A stretch of DNA of 64,000 nucleotides, from the sequence record MN850578.1. One strand, 5' to 3'. The DNA is from Escherichia phage nomo. Position 1 is the stretch's first letter, and every line of letters starts with the position of its first letter. This document shows, piece after piece, positions 18,352-28,259 of the stretch. A program made the position numbers and the translations under genes. The notes under the pieces are model-generated. The model searched no databases and had not been told where the DNA came from. It saw only the letters and a list, made by a program, of their open reading frames with translations.

Positions 18352-18531
18352 ATGGCTATTATTGCAAAGACTGAGATCGTAGGCTTAGATTCTATTCTCC
18401 TCGCATATGAGGAAGCTATAGAAATGTATGTGGTTTCCTATGGTGAATATATCCGTGAATATAAATCTATTGATCTAGCTTTTGAATGTTATATTCGCCA
18501 GGTCAATAAAGCATATGATGATTATCGTTAA
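18352..18531 (+). CDS. hypothetical protein (59 aa)
   Basis: Promoter ttgaca 18272; 5' hairpin; RBS aaagagga; below ORF-track cutoff. Confidence 0.4.
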   Translation: MAIIAKTEIVGLDSILLAYEEAIEMYVVSYGEYIREYKSIDLAFECYIRQVNKAYDDYR

Positions 18532-18613
18532 AATAGTTTGACAACAGTCAACAATCTGGTAAAGTGTACTACATAGCGCGGGAATACTTCCCGCCATTAA
18601 TGAGGGTAATTTA

Positions 18614-18751
18614 ATGAAAACTTTCAACGCAACAGCCTCGACAATTGGTTATATTATTACAGTACAAGCCGTGGATCTGGTAGCAGCAGCAAACAAGATT
18701 AAAAAGATGATTCCGCCAGGTAGTGAATTTTCCGTTTGGGAAGTAAAATAA
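18614..18751 (+). CDS. hypothetical micro-protein (45 aa)
   Basis: Promoter ttgaca 18538; 5' hairpin gcgggaatacttcccgc; RBS tgagggt. Confidence 0.3.
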   Translation: MKTFNATASTIGYIITVQAVDLVAAANKIKKMIPPGSEFSVWEVK

Positions 18752-18940
18752 ATCTTGACAATAATTTATTACTTGATAGACTGTATTTCGTAGTGCGGGG
18801 CAATAAGGCAACGCCCATTAATGAGGGTAGAATCATGTTAGAGAAAATTTTCACGGTTGTAGTAGTTGGCCTGGCATTATCGGTTGGATGGGTTGCAACT
18901 ATGGCTAACATGATCCTATCTTCCCACGGTATCGGTTAAA

Positions 18941-19165
18941 GTGAATCAAATGATCACGAATAAAACAGGTAAAACGGAATTCTTGCGCGGCTTGCAGGTC
19001 GGCAAGCCTGAGATCTGGCATTGCACTAAAACACCACGTGACGAAATGAAAGACTTCACCGCCACGCTGCAACGGGTAAAGATATCCATCACGCAGAAAA
19101 AGGCCTTGATAGTGGTGGAAGGTGAGATCCCTCAAACCGTTGTTATAGTTGAGCGTACAGCATAG
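18941..19165 (+). CDS. hypothetical protein (74 aa); start may be ATG 18950
   Basis: ORF in array; start codon ambiguous. Confidence 0.4.
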   Translation: MNQMITNKTGKTEFLRGLQVGKPEIWHCTKTPRDEMKDFTATLQRVKISITQKKALIVVEGEIPQTVVIVERTA

Positions 19166-19256
19166 TTTAATTTATACCGATACCCGAAAATTAACCAACA
19201 AAGCATAAACAGGCGGTTACCGCCGCCTTAAACGTAGCAGAAAGAGGATAGACACA

Positions 19257-19541
19257 ATGAAAAAGATGATCGCAGTGGTTGCCCTGGTTGTTGGACTTAA
19301 TGCGCCTGTAATGGCTAAAGAGCTGGCAAAAGAGGTTAATCTAACGGATATCCATGCCGTCAATCAAATCGGGGTTACTTATCGCTTATGCCTTGCCGCT
19401 AAAACTTTTAATGACGGTACAACAGAGTACTACGGATTCGAGGGTATCCGGTGCGGTGAGCTTGCTCGCGACCTTAAGGAAGATCCAGACCTGGAGGATC
19501 TACCCATAACCGTGAACGGTAAAGCTTACTTTAACCGTTAA
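19257..19541 (+). CDS. hypothetical secreted/periplasmic protein (94 aa) with N-terminal signal peptide
   Basis: RBS aagagga; translation starts MKKMIAVVALVVGLNAPVMA (signal-peptide-like, AxA cleavage motif). Confidence 0.5.
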   Translation: MKKMIAVVALVVGLNAPVMAKELAKEVNLTDIHAVNQIGVTYRLCLAAKTFNDGTTEYYGFEGIRCGELARDLKEDPDLEDLPITVNGKAYFNR

Positions 19542-19690
19542 CCGTGAAAAAGATAATCATTACCTTGGGGATTGTGGCGGGATCGCTGGCGCTCTTTCCC
19601 CTTATGGTTAGATATGTGCTGATCAGTATTGTCCTGGTGGTCAGTGATCTACTAGAAACGGTTGGCACCTTGTTTTAAAGAGCGATAAAA

Positions 19691-19882
19691 ATGAATGTTG
19701 AACAAGTTAGAAAGGTATTGGCGGTACTGCGTTATCATAATCATTGCAAGGTGAAGAATGATCCTGATTATCTTGATTCATCCCTTGAAGAGGATACACT
19801 ACAAGCCATAAGCAACATGCAAGAATTGCTTAAGCGTATGACAGAGAAAAACCGACCGGACTACATAGGGGGTAAAATATGA
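19691..19882 (+). CDS. hypothetical protein (63 aa)
   Basis: ORF in array. Confidence 0.4.
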   Translation: MNVEQVRKVLAVLRYHNHCKVKNDPDYLDSSLEEDTLQAISNMQELLKRMTEKNRPDYIGGKI

Positions 19883-20190
19883 TCGCTATTACGCCAACCG
19901 TTTTAGATTGGTATCGGCAACGCATAGCGCCTCCGCTGGCTATCTTCAAAGATGCGGAAGCAAAACAACGCCGGATCTCAATACATGAGATCATCAACCT
20001 TAACGCTGGAGGCACACCATACCGCCCAGGACCTGGCCGTGAGATGGACAATACGTTAGCGATCCTGAAGATACGCCGTAAACGGTCCTCCCTTACGCTG
20101 GACTCATTACACACAATGCAGCCTCCGTTCCAGGTGACCGGGAAACGGATCGCCAGGTCCTGGACAAAGGCCAATGATCGGACCGTATAA
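19879..20190 (+). CDS. hypothetical protein (103 aa)
   Basis: ATGA overlap with upstream ORF. Confidence 0.4.
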   Translation: MIAITPTVLDWYRQRIAPPLAIFKDAEAKQRRISIHEIINLNAGGTPYRPGPGREMDNTLAILKIRRKRSSLTLDSLHTMQPPFQVTGKRIARSWTKANDRTV

Positions 20191-20261
20191 ATAAAAGTGT
20201 TTTGGTACTGATTTTGGGGTTGACTTGTTCGGCCCCTTTTGCTATTCTTATTAAACGGGCG

Positions 20262-20300
20262 GCACTTGGGAACAGGGGGAGACAATCACCAGGCCTGCCT
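20262..20300 (-). repeat. conserved GC-rich element copy (reverse orientation) matching 10643-10682
   Basis: Reverse complement reads ggcaggcctggtgattgtctccccctgttccc. Confidence 0.5.
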
Positions 20301-20407
20301 GTCATATAAGAACTATAAAAACCGTTGACATCTGCCATGGGGTGAGGTAACATTTATCTTGAAGGGGCAAAAGTGCCCACACAACAACCAGAAGAGAGGA
20401 AAACATT

Positions 20408-20680
20408 ATGTCAAGCTGGATTAATCAAGAAGTCGAATCACGTTTTAATGCTATTTGGGATCTCATCGAAAAAGAGGACGGAACATCAAGCCCTTATCTC
20501 AATAATCTTGAATTCCATTTCGTGGAAGCGATGAACGCAGAACATGATCACGAAGGTGGTGCGGATGAGTTCGCTAAAGGGTATGGCTTCAACAATGCCA
20601 ACGAAATGATCGAGGCGGTTGTACTCCAGGCTGAGGAAGATTATCAATTAAAAACGCTTGAATTCTGCCGCCGTAAGTAA
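20408..20680 (+). CDS. hypothetical acidic protein (90 aa)
   Basis: Promoter ttgaca 20325 - 17 - taacat; 5' hairpin gggcaaaagtgccc; RBS agagagga. Confidence 0.5.
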   Translation: MSSWINQEVESRFNAIWDLIEKEDGTSSPYLNNLEFHFVEAMNAEHDHEGGADEFAKGYGFNNANEMIEAVVLQAEEDYQLKTLEFCRRK

Positions 20681-20742
20681 TAAGATAATGACACGGGCCA
20701 AAAGGCCCACTAAACAAAAACCACATAAAGAGGAAAAACATC

Positions 20743-21006
20743 ATGAAACGTCTTGACCAGCTCAAACTAGTTCAATATATGGCTTATCGTGTTCTGGAAG
20801 TCCAGAAAGGTAGCAAAAAAGAGGTTTGCGAGAAAGCTTATAAGATCTTTACCCGCAAAAAAGATGACTGGATGCTACGCCAGACCAAAAAGGCTGACAT
20901 CTTGGGGTACCTGGAAGAAGAGATCCGACTTGAAGAACAAGAAGAGATCCGCCGTAGTGAGGCAGATTATCAGGCAGCTTGGGAAAACTGGATGAGCAAC
21001 AAATAA
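20743..21006 (+). CDS. hypothetical protein (87 aa)
   Basis: 5' hairpin gggccaaaaggccc; RBS aaagagga. Confidence 0.5.
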   Translation: MKRLDQLKLVQYMAYRVLEVQKGSKKEVCEKAYKIFTRKKDDWMLRQTKKADILGYLEEEIRLEEQEEIRRSEADYQAAWENWMSNK

Positions 21007-21025
21007 TACAACAAGATGAACGGTC

Positions 21026-21050
21026 AGGGGCTTAAAGCCCCTTTCTTTTT
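21026..21050 (+). terminator. rho-independent terminator ending the + strand gene block
   Basis: Hairpin aggggcttaaagcccct followed by ttcttttt. Confidence 0.65.
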
Positions 21051-21059
21051 GTCTTCTCT

Positions 21060-23500
21060 TTTCCTACCATAAACGGCCCTACCTGGCAAGTGGAATAATT
21101 GACGAGCCATCAATCCCACACACTGTACAAATATACATGGAAAATAACTATTGCATAATTTTTCATTGTGTGGTAGCAAGGCCATTTTTACACGTTTTTC
21201 CTTCCAAAATTGCACGTAATGCAGCATTTGCACAAAATTTAACCTGATGCATATCTTCAATAGCTTGTCAACAACTAAAAATCTTTATAAGTCATACACT
21301 TACATAACTACAAAAACGTTTTCTACGTGAAAAATCGAGTATAACTATAGCCGCCAGATCTCAGAATTTACGTACGCTCGCCATTCTATAGCCTGCTAAG
21401 CATTTATTCCAACCATAGAATAACTGAATAGTCAATACCTGCATAAAATAATTATTCGTGTAAACTGCATAACATAAATCGGCCCAGGTGTCAACATTTT
21501 TCGTAAACAGTCTGGAATTGTCACGTTAGGTTACCATAAGTAGAGAAATCTTTAGTCGTCTAATGTTTACTGTACGTTACTATATTAACTGAAATCATTA
21601 GATGACTAATAGAAAGATAAGAAATAATTAACAATACAATTATTTTATCTGTAACAATAAGGCAACTATGCAAACGAATGGCATGGCGCGACGGAGTCGC
21701 GACATAATATAAAAGCAGTAACCATCACCCCCGTGATAGTTTGTCTGCAAACTATTAATCAGATCATAGTTGCCTTGTATTTAGTTAATCATGACATAAC
21801 AAGCAAGGCAACTATAGATCTGCTAATAGTTGCCCTGCTTTTATATTATGTCATGCTAATTATAATCAGTGCGATTATTGTCATGTATAATTATTGTCAT
21901 GCAAACGAATGGCATGGCTGATTATCGGTGTGTAAACAGTCAATCATGTAAATGGTTAGCATGTGAACAATCAGGAATGTAAACAATCCAGTGTGTAAAC
22001 TAATAGGTGTGTAAAAGTGTCATGTTGTGTCAGTTAGGTCACATTATGTCAGACAAGTTTTTCTCCTCTTTGTCAAGTGCTGCATGAAAAATTTACAAGC
22101 TTGTATGGTAGCATTTTTGCGGCCCTGTTTACATTCAGGAGTGTATGTATAATCCTTGTTGTGTGGGCGTTTAGACGTCTGGACGGTCAGAAGTCTGCAG
22201 GTCAATATCTAATCTATTGGCTGCTAACTATATCCCCCACAAATAATAAGAAATATAATTGTTATGTGCGTAAACAGTAACCCATGTTATCAATCCCTGT
22301 ATGTATCGCCAGTTGTGCGCATAATGGGTATTATGTTAAATTGCCCGTAATGATAACTATTCTCACAATGATAGGTATTCTCATTCACCCCCACAAGATA
22401 GGTTGCAAATGTTGTGCCACTGTGTGAACGGCCTCACCTATTAATTTGCCTCACTGCCTCGATATTTGAGAATTGTTATAAGAATGAGAAGTATTCCCAT
22501 TCCGTCCGCCTGGCAGCACTCCAGTCGCTACGGCTCCTGACAGGGCAGCACTCCTGTAGGTCAGGTCAAAATCGTGGTAGAACTGGACCTGTTCGGATAT
22601 TTCTGGCTGACTCTTCAGGTCTGTGTGGGAAAAGCCAACCCCTCCGGCGGGGCAGGGGATATCTGCAGGAAAATTGCAGGTCAATTAAAAATTTACGTGG
22701 TGTATGAAGCGCTCTTCAGGCAAGGCATGTATTAGAGGATGAAACCCTCTTCAGGCAATGATATTTGTGGGTGGGATATTTGCTGGAAAGCCAGATATGA
22801 CGGGACTCCCGGCGGGGCAGGGGTAGTACAGACAGGGAAAATATGAGGATGTAATTGGGGAAATTGATCAGACAGGTAGAGTATGGAATATGTTACAGGT
22901 ATGTTAAATATGGAGGTTGAATATCTGTAGGATTTGTGTGTAAAATCAAAGACTTAAGGGGTGTTGTGGTATTTTCTATAAATAATTCAAGTTTAATAGG
23001 CAATATTTGTCTCTATCCGCTTTGTGTGGTAAACAGATTCAGATGAAATTGGTTTACAAGTGTATACATAATATACAAATTAAAGATACAAGAAACCCCC
23101 CTCCCCCCTCGGCTACCATTCACCTTTTCCTCTGACTGGTACTTAAACACTTATTCAGACTCTTCAGGTTATCACCCATATATCATATGGCAGTGACTGG
23201 TGTCCTCCGGCCCCTCTTTCGTCACCCGTCCGCTTCGCCATGCTAATGCCATAGCCAATGGTTCGGTTGTTCACCCTGTTCACTCAGGTGTATCTCCATA
23301 CCCCTTCAAACCGAAGAGAACAGAAAACCCGAATTACTCGGTAAAAGAAAAGAGAAGAACTTAATTTTATCAGGATAGGCAAGAATGTCAAGGCATGACT
23401 GCTCACTAAACAAGCAAACAGTCATGTGTGGAAGGTAAGTGATTGTGGTGGTGGGAAATTTAGTTGAAAGATGTGTTATAGGTGCGCTTCCAGCACTTTA
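21060..23500. other. 2.5-kb non-coding convergence region with several repeat families
   Basis: No convincing ORF; repeats gcaaacgaatggcatggc (x2), tgtgtaaac-like array 21928-22016, ctcttcagg...ccggcggggcagggg units 22606-22840. Confidence 0.55.
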
Positions 23501-23520
23501 GCCTGGCAGCTAATTGTGTG

Positions 23521-23736
23521 TCAGTCCAGCGGTTCATCCTCTACTTCACTGAAATCAATGTTCATGGTCTCTTCCCAACCATCGATCTCAGCACAAGAGT
23601 GGAGTTCTTTAGGGTTTACTCCCAAAGCCTCAGCAACAGAGTCTATATTTAACACCTCTGGTAGGTATGATTCATCGAATTCAAGGTAAATCAGGCCACG
23701 AGTGTTGTCAGCCCCACCAAATATTTCTATCTTCAT
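23521..23736 (-). CDS. hypothetical small acidic protein (71 aa), MKIEI-type N-terminus
   Basis: ORF with RBS; first gene of leftward block. Confidence 0.4.
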   Translation of the reverse strand: MKIEIFGGADNTRGLIYLEFDESYLPEVLNIDSVAEALGVNPKELHSCAEIDGWEETMNIDFSEVEDEPLD

Positions 23737-23857
23737 GAAATCTCCTCTGGAAATGAGAGTGTGAACAGGGTTTTATACGTTCCAATGCACAAGAATTATA
23801 CACGTTTGCCTCTTCAGGCCATGCTTTAGCATGAGGAACCTGTGTGGGCTCGGTGCT

Positions 23858-24073
23858 TCATAGTCTACCACCTCTGAACTCTTCGTGCTCAGGCATAATA
23901 GAGAACCAGATATCTACGATGTCTCCCCACGTCAGGTCATCAGCCTCAGGATCTATCTGGGACGAAGATGAAGAGTCATCAGAATCTAAGTTTTCCTCTT
24001 TCACTGGCTCAGCCAATGGACAACATATGGTCACTCCTTCAGATGTCTCTTCAGATGCATGCGTGTTGATCAT
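23858..24073 (-). CDS. hypothetical acidic protein (71 aa); start uncertain
   Basis: ORF downstream of - strand consensus promoter (ttgaca...tagtat near 24215-24245). Confidence 0.3.
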   Translation of the reverse strand: MINTHASEETSEGVTICCPLAEPVKEENLDSDDSSSSSQIDPEADDLTWGDIVDIWFSIMPEHEEFRGGRL

Positions 24074-24433
24074 GTTCCACCCGTGAGTATTCCGGCAACA
24101 GCCGCTATGGACGTAATGATCATCAGGATCACCACTAAAACTTCGGACAATGTTCTCATTGTGTATCCCATATTCTCCAAACGATGTGTGGATACTATCA
24201 CTGGAACGGTAATGTGTCAACAGAAACGCCGCGAGGGTTTGGTTAAAATCCGAGCGTATGGTGATTTGGGTCAAAACGGACGTGCGTTCTCGCTACGCTC
24301 GAAAGAGAGATTTGTTTGTAGGAAGCTCTTAAACGCTCTGTAATGAGATTATCTGTCCAAGGTATGCAATCGTGCACCAGATAAAGAAAAGGACGCCACA
24401 GAGCGTCCTAGGTGTCTTAAATTTGATATTTTG

Positions 24434-24745
24434 TTATACCCATGAGGGTTTATCAAGGTTGGAGTAGCTGAAAGGTGTCAAAAGGTGATTGTCAAAATCT
24501 CTCAAACTATCCAGATCTTTCTCCTCGTCCTGACACCATCTGTGCCTACATTTATTGTTGTAGTGCATAGAATGCATAGCGTTCTGCAACTTAACAGGTA
24601 CAAGTGATTCAGGAGTAGATAGTATTGTTGGGTATGCCAGAACCACCTCAAACAGTGGAAACACATCGAAACTAAAGTCTACCTCTGCAGAGGTTGATGG
24701 CATATAGGAGTATTTAGCCGCCTTTGTAGACATAATCCACCTCAC
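24434..24745 (-). CDS. hypothetical protein (103 aa)
   Basis: ORF in co-oriented array; ATGA overlap with upstream gene. Confidence 0.4.
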   Translation of the reverse strand: MRWIMSTKAAKYSYMPSTSAEVDFSFDVFPLFEVVLAYPTILSTPESLVPVKLQNAMHSMHYNNKCRHRWCQDEEKDLDSLRDFDNHLLTPFSYSNLDKPSWV

Positions 24746-25074
24746 ACAGGTTTGATAATACCTTCACCGAATAGCTCTTCGTATCTAATCTTGTCCGGAT
24801 CCCACTCCTGGATAATTTCGAAGACAATATCCAACCCAGGAACAATCACTTCTCCAGTGTCAAGCTTAGCAAGAACAAAACCTGAAGGTTGAATGGTTTC
24901 CCAGTTACGGCGATCAGAATAAAATACTTCGAAAATATCACCAACCTCAATCCGTTTCTGTTGCTCAAGATGCTCAAGGTTCTCTTTCATACGGATGCAG
25001 CGTATTTTTCGTGCAGGCCATAGACCACCTGCATCACGTTCATTCAATTCTTTTACAGTGATCGGTATACCCAT
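24742..25074 (-). CDS. hypothetical protein (110 aa)
   Basis: ORF in co-oriented array. Confidence 0.45.
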   Translation of the reverse strand: MGIPITVKELNERDAGGLWPARKIRCIRMKENLEHLEQQKRIEVGDIFEVFYSDRRNWETIQPSGFVLAKLDTGEVIVPGLDIVFEIIQEWDPDKIRYEELFGEGIIKPV

Positions 25075-25129
25075 CTCAAATCTCCTTCATAGATAGTAAA
25101 AAGAGGGGCCCAAGCCCCTCTCTTTGTCA

Positions 25130-25435
25130 TTATTCTACAGAGCGTTTGAACAGAATGTCTGCCTCGGACATGTGCTCAACCTCTTCTTCGATTTTAGCTC
25201 GACGTTTTTCAGCCTCATAGCGAATATCGAACTCGGTAGCCACCAGAGATTTGATGAATTTAGGAGAATACAGGTGATCCTGCTTCTCAACGAGAATGAT
25301 ATCCTTAATGGCATCTTTCAGATCTTTAATCTGAAGTTGGAGTTCCACCAGTTCTTCGATTGTCTTGCGAAGGCGATCACGCTCTGCAGTGTCAGAAGGA
25401 AGAGAGGTGAACAGTTCAACTTTAGATTTAGCCAT
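25130..25435 (-). CDS. hypothetical protein (101 aa)
   Basis: ORF with RBS; charged, helical-looking translation. Confidence 0.45.
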   Translation of the reverse strand: MAKSKVELFTSLPSDTAERDRLRKTIEELVELQLQIKDLKDAIKDIILVEKQDHLYSPKFIKSLVATEFDIRYEAEKRRAKIEEEVEHMSEADILFKRSVE

Positions 25436-25463
25436 AGTAAGAGTCTCCTTATGTTGTTTTAAA

Positions 25464-25715
25464 TTAACGTTCTACAAAAATACCGTTCAGTTCAATAACC
25501 AGGAATTTCTGGTCTTCACTGTCGTCTCGTGCCAGCACCTCACAGACGTATCGGTCATCTCCATCATCATCGCAGTCAAATACAAGACTGAGGACTTTAT
25601 CATGATAAACCTTCGCCACTACCGCCTCGTAAGTATTGCCGATTGTGAATCCAAGATAATCTCCGATGCATTTGACAACAACATGGTCGCCAGCATTCAA
25701 GTCAATCTTCGTCAT
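25464..25715 (-). CDS. hypothetical protein (83 aa)
   Basis: RBS aaggag upstream of ATG at 25715. Confidence 0.45.
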   Translation of the reverse strand: MTKIDLNAGDHVVVKCIGDYLGFTIGNTYEAVVAKVYHDKVLSLVFDCDDDGDDRYVCEVLARDDSEDQKFLVIELNGIFVER

Positions 25716-25870
25716 TACTGCGCTCCTTGGGTAATAATACTGTATGTAAAACTTTAACCAGAGATGTGAATAACGCCCCAAAACACACCGATAGCGCTAA
25801 AACAGACAAGGCCATCATCAAAGCTTCAGTAAAATCAGTCATTCCTCACCTCTTGTTAGTCACTATACTA

Positions 25871-26134
25871 TCATTTATCCTTGCCGTCAAGAACTTTTTT
25901 AAATCTTTCAGGGATATCCCCCGTTCTTAGATAGTTCATGACCTCACAAGGTTCCCACTTGAATTTCTTACAGAGCAGGGCGGCTGAGATTGTTTCATTG
26001 CGAAAAGAAAGGATATTAATATCCCACTCTGAGAACCCCAACTTCCGAAGGGTAGCTACAGAAATCCTCACCGCAACCCAGCAGCAAAAACATGCAACAA
26101 ACGCCACTGCTACAACCCACATCAGGATGTTCAT
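25871..26134 (-). CDS. hypothetical membrane protein (87 aa)
   Basis: N-terminal hydrophobic helix MNILMWVVAVAFVACFCCWVAV. Confidence 0.4.
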   Translation of the reverse strand: MNILMWVVAVAFVACFCCWVAVRISVATLRKLGFSEWDINILSFRNETISAALLCKKFKWEPCEVMNYLRTGDIPERFKKVLDGKDK

Positions 26135-26223
26135 ATAAGCACCTTACTGAAATACAAGACACAGTGTTAAGGTTACTGACCAGCAAATAATTAACAGTGC
26201 CGTTGCAACCTTGGCAAGATTTA

Positions 26224-26511
26224 TCATAGTGCCTCTAAGATTTCATACCCTTCGGGTCGGAATACAAGCCACTCCGTGGCTCCGTTTGGTCGATACGCTT
26301 TATACAGAACAACCTGGTCTCGGCACATGCACATGGCTACATAGTTTTCATCCACACCTGCAGCCTGCATTGCATCTTCTTCTCCGGCAACTGCTTTGCT
26401 TACAACTTCCTTGGTAGGCAGGTGTGCGATCAGCTCGTCACCATCATTAATTCCAAAATGGCTGAGTTCGCCGTTGGTATCTTTAATCTTAATCTTAACC
26501 AGATCTTTCAT
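26224..26511 (-). CDS. hypothetical small acidic protein (95 aa)
   Basis: Translationally coupled array (TAATG/ATGA overlaps). Confidence 0.45.
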   Translation of the reverse strand: MKDLVKIKIKDTNGELSHFGINDGDELIAHLPTKEVVSKAVAGEEDAMQAAGVDENYVAMCMCRDQVVLYKAYRPNGATEWLVFRPEGYEILEAL

Positions 26512-26840
26512 TAGTCTTCCCCCAGGTTCAAAGGTCCTAAGATTTCATATGCCAGATTAGAAGTTACCAGAGGGTCTTCTGCATCTTTAGTATTGTACCA
26601 CCCGTGAATAACCAGAGTCCCACTTTGTTTCATATCCAACTGGAACTGTTCTGCAGTTTCCTCATCCATCTCTAAGATCTCCATGAGGTATTTGATGTTA
26701 GGAAGGTATGCAGCTGTTACAGTTCCCTCCACCAAACCTTCGGGCCAACCTACATCCGGATGACAAGTAGGAACCAGATTAGTCAGCTTAATAGTGTACG
26801 CTTTTTCTGCACGAGCCTTCAGTAACGGGTCAATCTTCAT
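26511..26840 (-). CDS. hypothetical protein (109 aa)
   Basis: TAATG overlap with neighbours. Confidence 0.45.
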   Translation of the reverse strand: MKIDPLLKARAEKAYTIKLTNLVPTCHPDVGWPEGLVEGTVTAAYLPNIKYLMEILEMDEETAEQFQLDMKQSGTLVIHGWYNTKDAEDPLVTSNLAYEILGPLNLGED

Positions 26841-27190
26841 TATTCGTCCTCCTCTTCGGTGCCTGCTTCCAGTAATAAGTTAAGAATATCTTCTGCACAA
26901 GGTTCATAGAACTCTTGGCCTTCATTATCGATGATTTTGTAGTCATCTCCACGAATAATCAGGGGATCACTCTCAAAATTATCGAGACCTTTAACAACTA
27001 CAACACGATCGATTGCCATCATCGTAAGAACTTTATCGACATCTTCCTCTGCTACACCATACTGCAGCAGAATGTCTTTGGTAGGAGGAACAGCATCCAC
27101 CACAACGCCGTTACCAAAACCTTCTGGAAGTTTAGCTAAAATATCTTCCGGAACCACATTCACATCAAAACCGGTAATTTCTACTTTCAT
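26840..27190 (-). CDS. hypothetical small acidic protein (116 aa), MKVEI-type
   Basis: Tightly packed array; N-terminal MKVEITG shared with other members. Confidence 0.45.
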   Translation of the reverse strand: MKVEITGFDVNVVPEDILAKLPEGFGNGVVVDAVPPTKDILLQYGVAEEDVDKVLTMMAIDRVVVVKGLDNFESDPLIIRGDDYKIIDNEGQEFYEPCAEDILNLLLEAGTEEEDE

Positions 27191-27451
27191 TTACAGCACC
27201 TCTTCGTCAACTACTTCATAAAAATGGCCTGGGATTGCAATAGCGTTCTCACCTTCACCTACAAACACAGTTCCGTCAAGAATCAACATCATAAGAATTT
27301 CTGTAATATCCTCTTCCGGAACGTTGCCAAAACCTTTAATCAGCTCGTAGGTTGGAATATTTACCTCTAAGATGTCACCATCTTTAGAACGGAAATCAAC
27401 ACCGTCCTGAATCTCTGCCTTTTCAAGGTTTTTCAATTTAATCTTCATCAA
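27191..27451 (-). CDS. small acidic protein, paralog family A (86 aa)
   Basis: N-terminal MMKIKL and C-terminal FYEVVDEE pattern shared with 28615, 30135, 30379, 34029. Confidence 0.45.
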   Translation of the reverse strand: MMKIKLKNLEKAEIQDGVDFRSKDGDILEVNIPTYELIKGFGNVPEEDITEILMMLILDGTVFVGEGENAIAIPGHFYEVVDEEVL

Positions 27452-27527
27452 TCGGTCTCCTGTCTTGTTAAGATGAAGGTATTATTTCACACAGGGTTGG
27501 CGTTGTCAACACCTGTGTGCAAGAAAA

Positions 27528-27923
27528 TTACTGAAACAGTGCGGATAAATTACCTTCTGGTGGGAACTTATCTGCCAAAAACGGTGTTAGCACAGTAGCC
27601 TTCTGAAGATCTGGGGTCCACTCGTTGTTCAGAACATCCCAGTAGTACGCAATGTTGCTGTGTGGGTGCCGCATTACGAACTTTTTCCCTTCGTAGTCAT
27701 CTGAAACCTCTACAGAAGAAATAACAACAGAATCTTCAAGGGTTTCTTCATAGAAAGATCCGCCTTCAAATTTCCAACGAGATGCAAGAGCCCCTGCCTT
27801 GAACGCTGCAGATAACGGACTGTCGGCAAGAACATACATTTCTTGCACTCTGTCGCTGCGATCTTTGCTTCTTACGTTGTATACAGTATCTGAGCTATAC
27901 TCAACACGGTATAGGCTTACCAT
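27528..27923 (-). CDS. hypothetical protein, paralog family B (131 aa)
   Basis: Shares HPxS...YW...WTP...AT.L motif with 29735-30133. Confidence 0.45.
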   Translation of the reverse strand: MVSLYRVEYSSDTVYNVRSKDRSDRVQEMYVLADSPLSAAFKAGALASRWKFEGGSFYEETLEDSVVISSVEVSDDYEGKKFVMRHPHSNIAYYWDVLNNEWTPDLQKATVLTPFLADKFPPEGNLSALFQ

Positions 27924-28255
27924 TACCGCACCTCCTCAATAACTTCCACATCTGAACCTACCACAAATGCAAAAGGACAGGTTTCATGAAAGACATCCGG
28001 ATCGCCGCCAAGCTTGCTAACAATCTCTCCACCACTAATAAACACAAGCTCACCGATATTCATCAGATTGCTGAAATAGTACCCATAATGATTAAAGAAT
28101 GCAGCAGGGTCAGGTAGATTAGTAGCCTCAAGCACTACATCGGTTGAGGTTACTTTCTTATCATAACCTCTCGCCTTTTGAGATGCAAGATCTGCAGAAT
28201 CCTCAGGCGACCGGAGATGCACAGGAATTGTTTCACCAATAAAGCGTACTTTCAT
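27923..28255 (-). CDS. small acidic protein, paralog family A (110 aa)
   Basis: Starts MKVRFIG, ends SDVEVIEEVR. Confidence 0.45.
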   Translation of the reverse strand: MKVRFIGETIPVHLRSPEDSADLASQKARGYDKKVTSTDVVLEATNLPDPAAFFNHYGYYFSNLMNIGELVFISGGEIVSKLGGDPDVFHETCPFAFVVGSDVEVIEEVR

Positions 28256-28259
28256 ATTA

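Noticed and set aside
21733-22707. Short ORFs (62-97 aa) inside the 21-23.5 kb non-coding zone
   Set aside because: No ribosome-binding sites, they overlap repeat arrays, and the translations are low-complexity; treated as non-coding.
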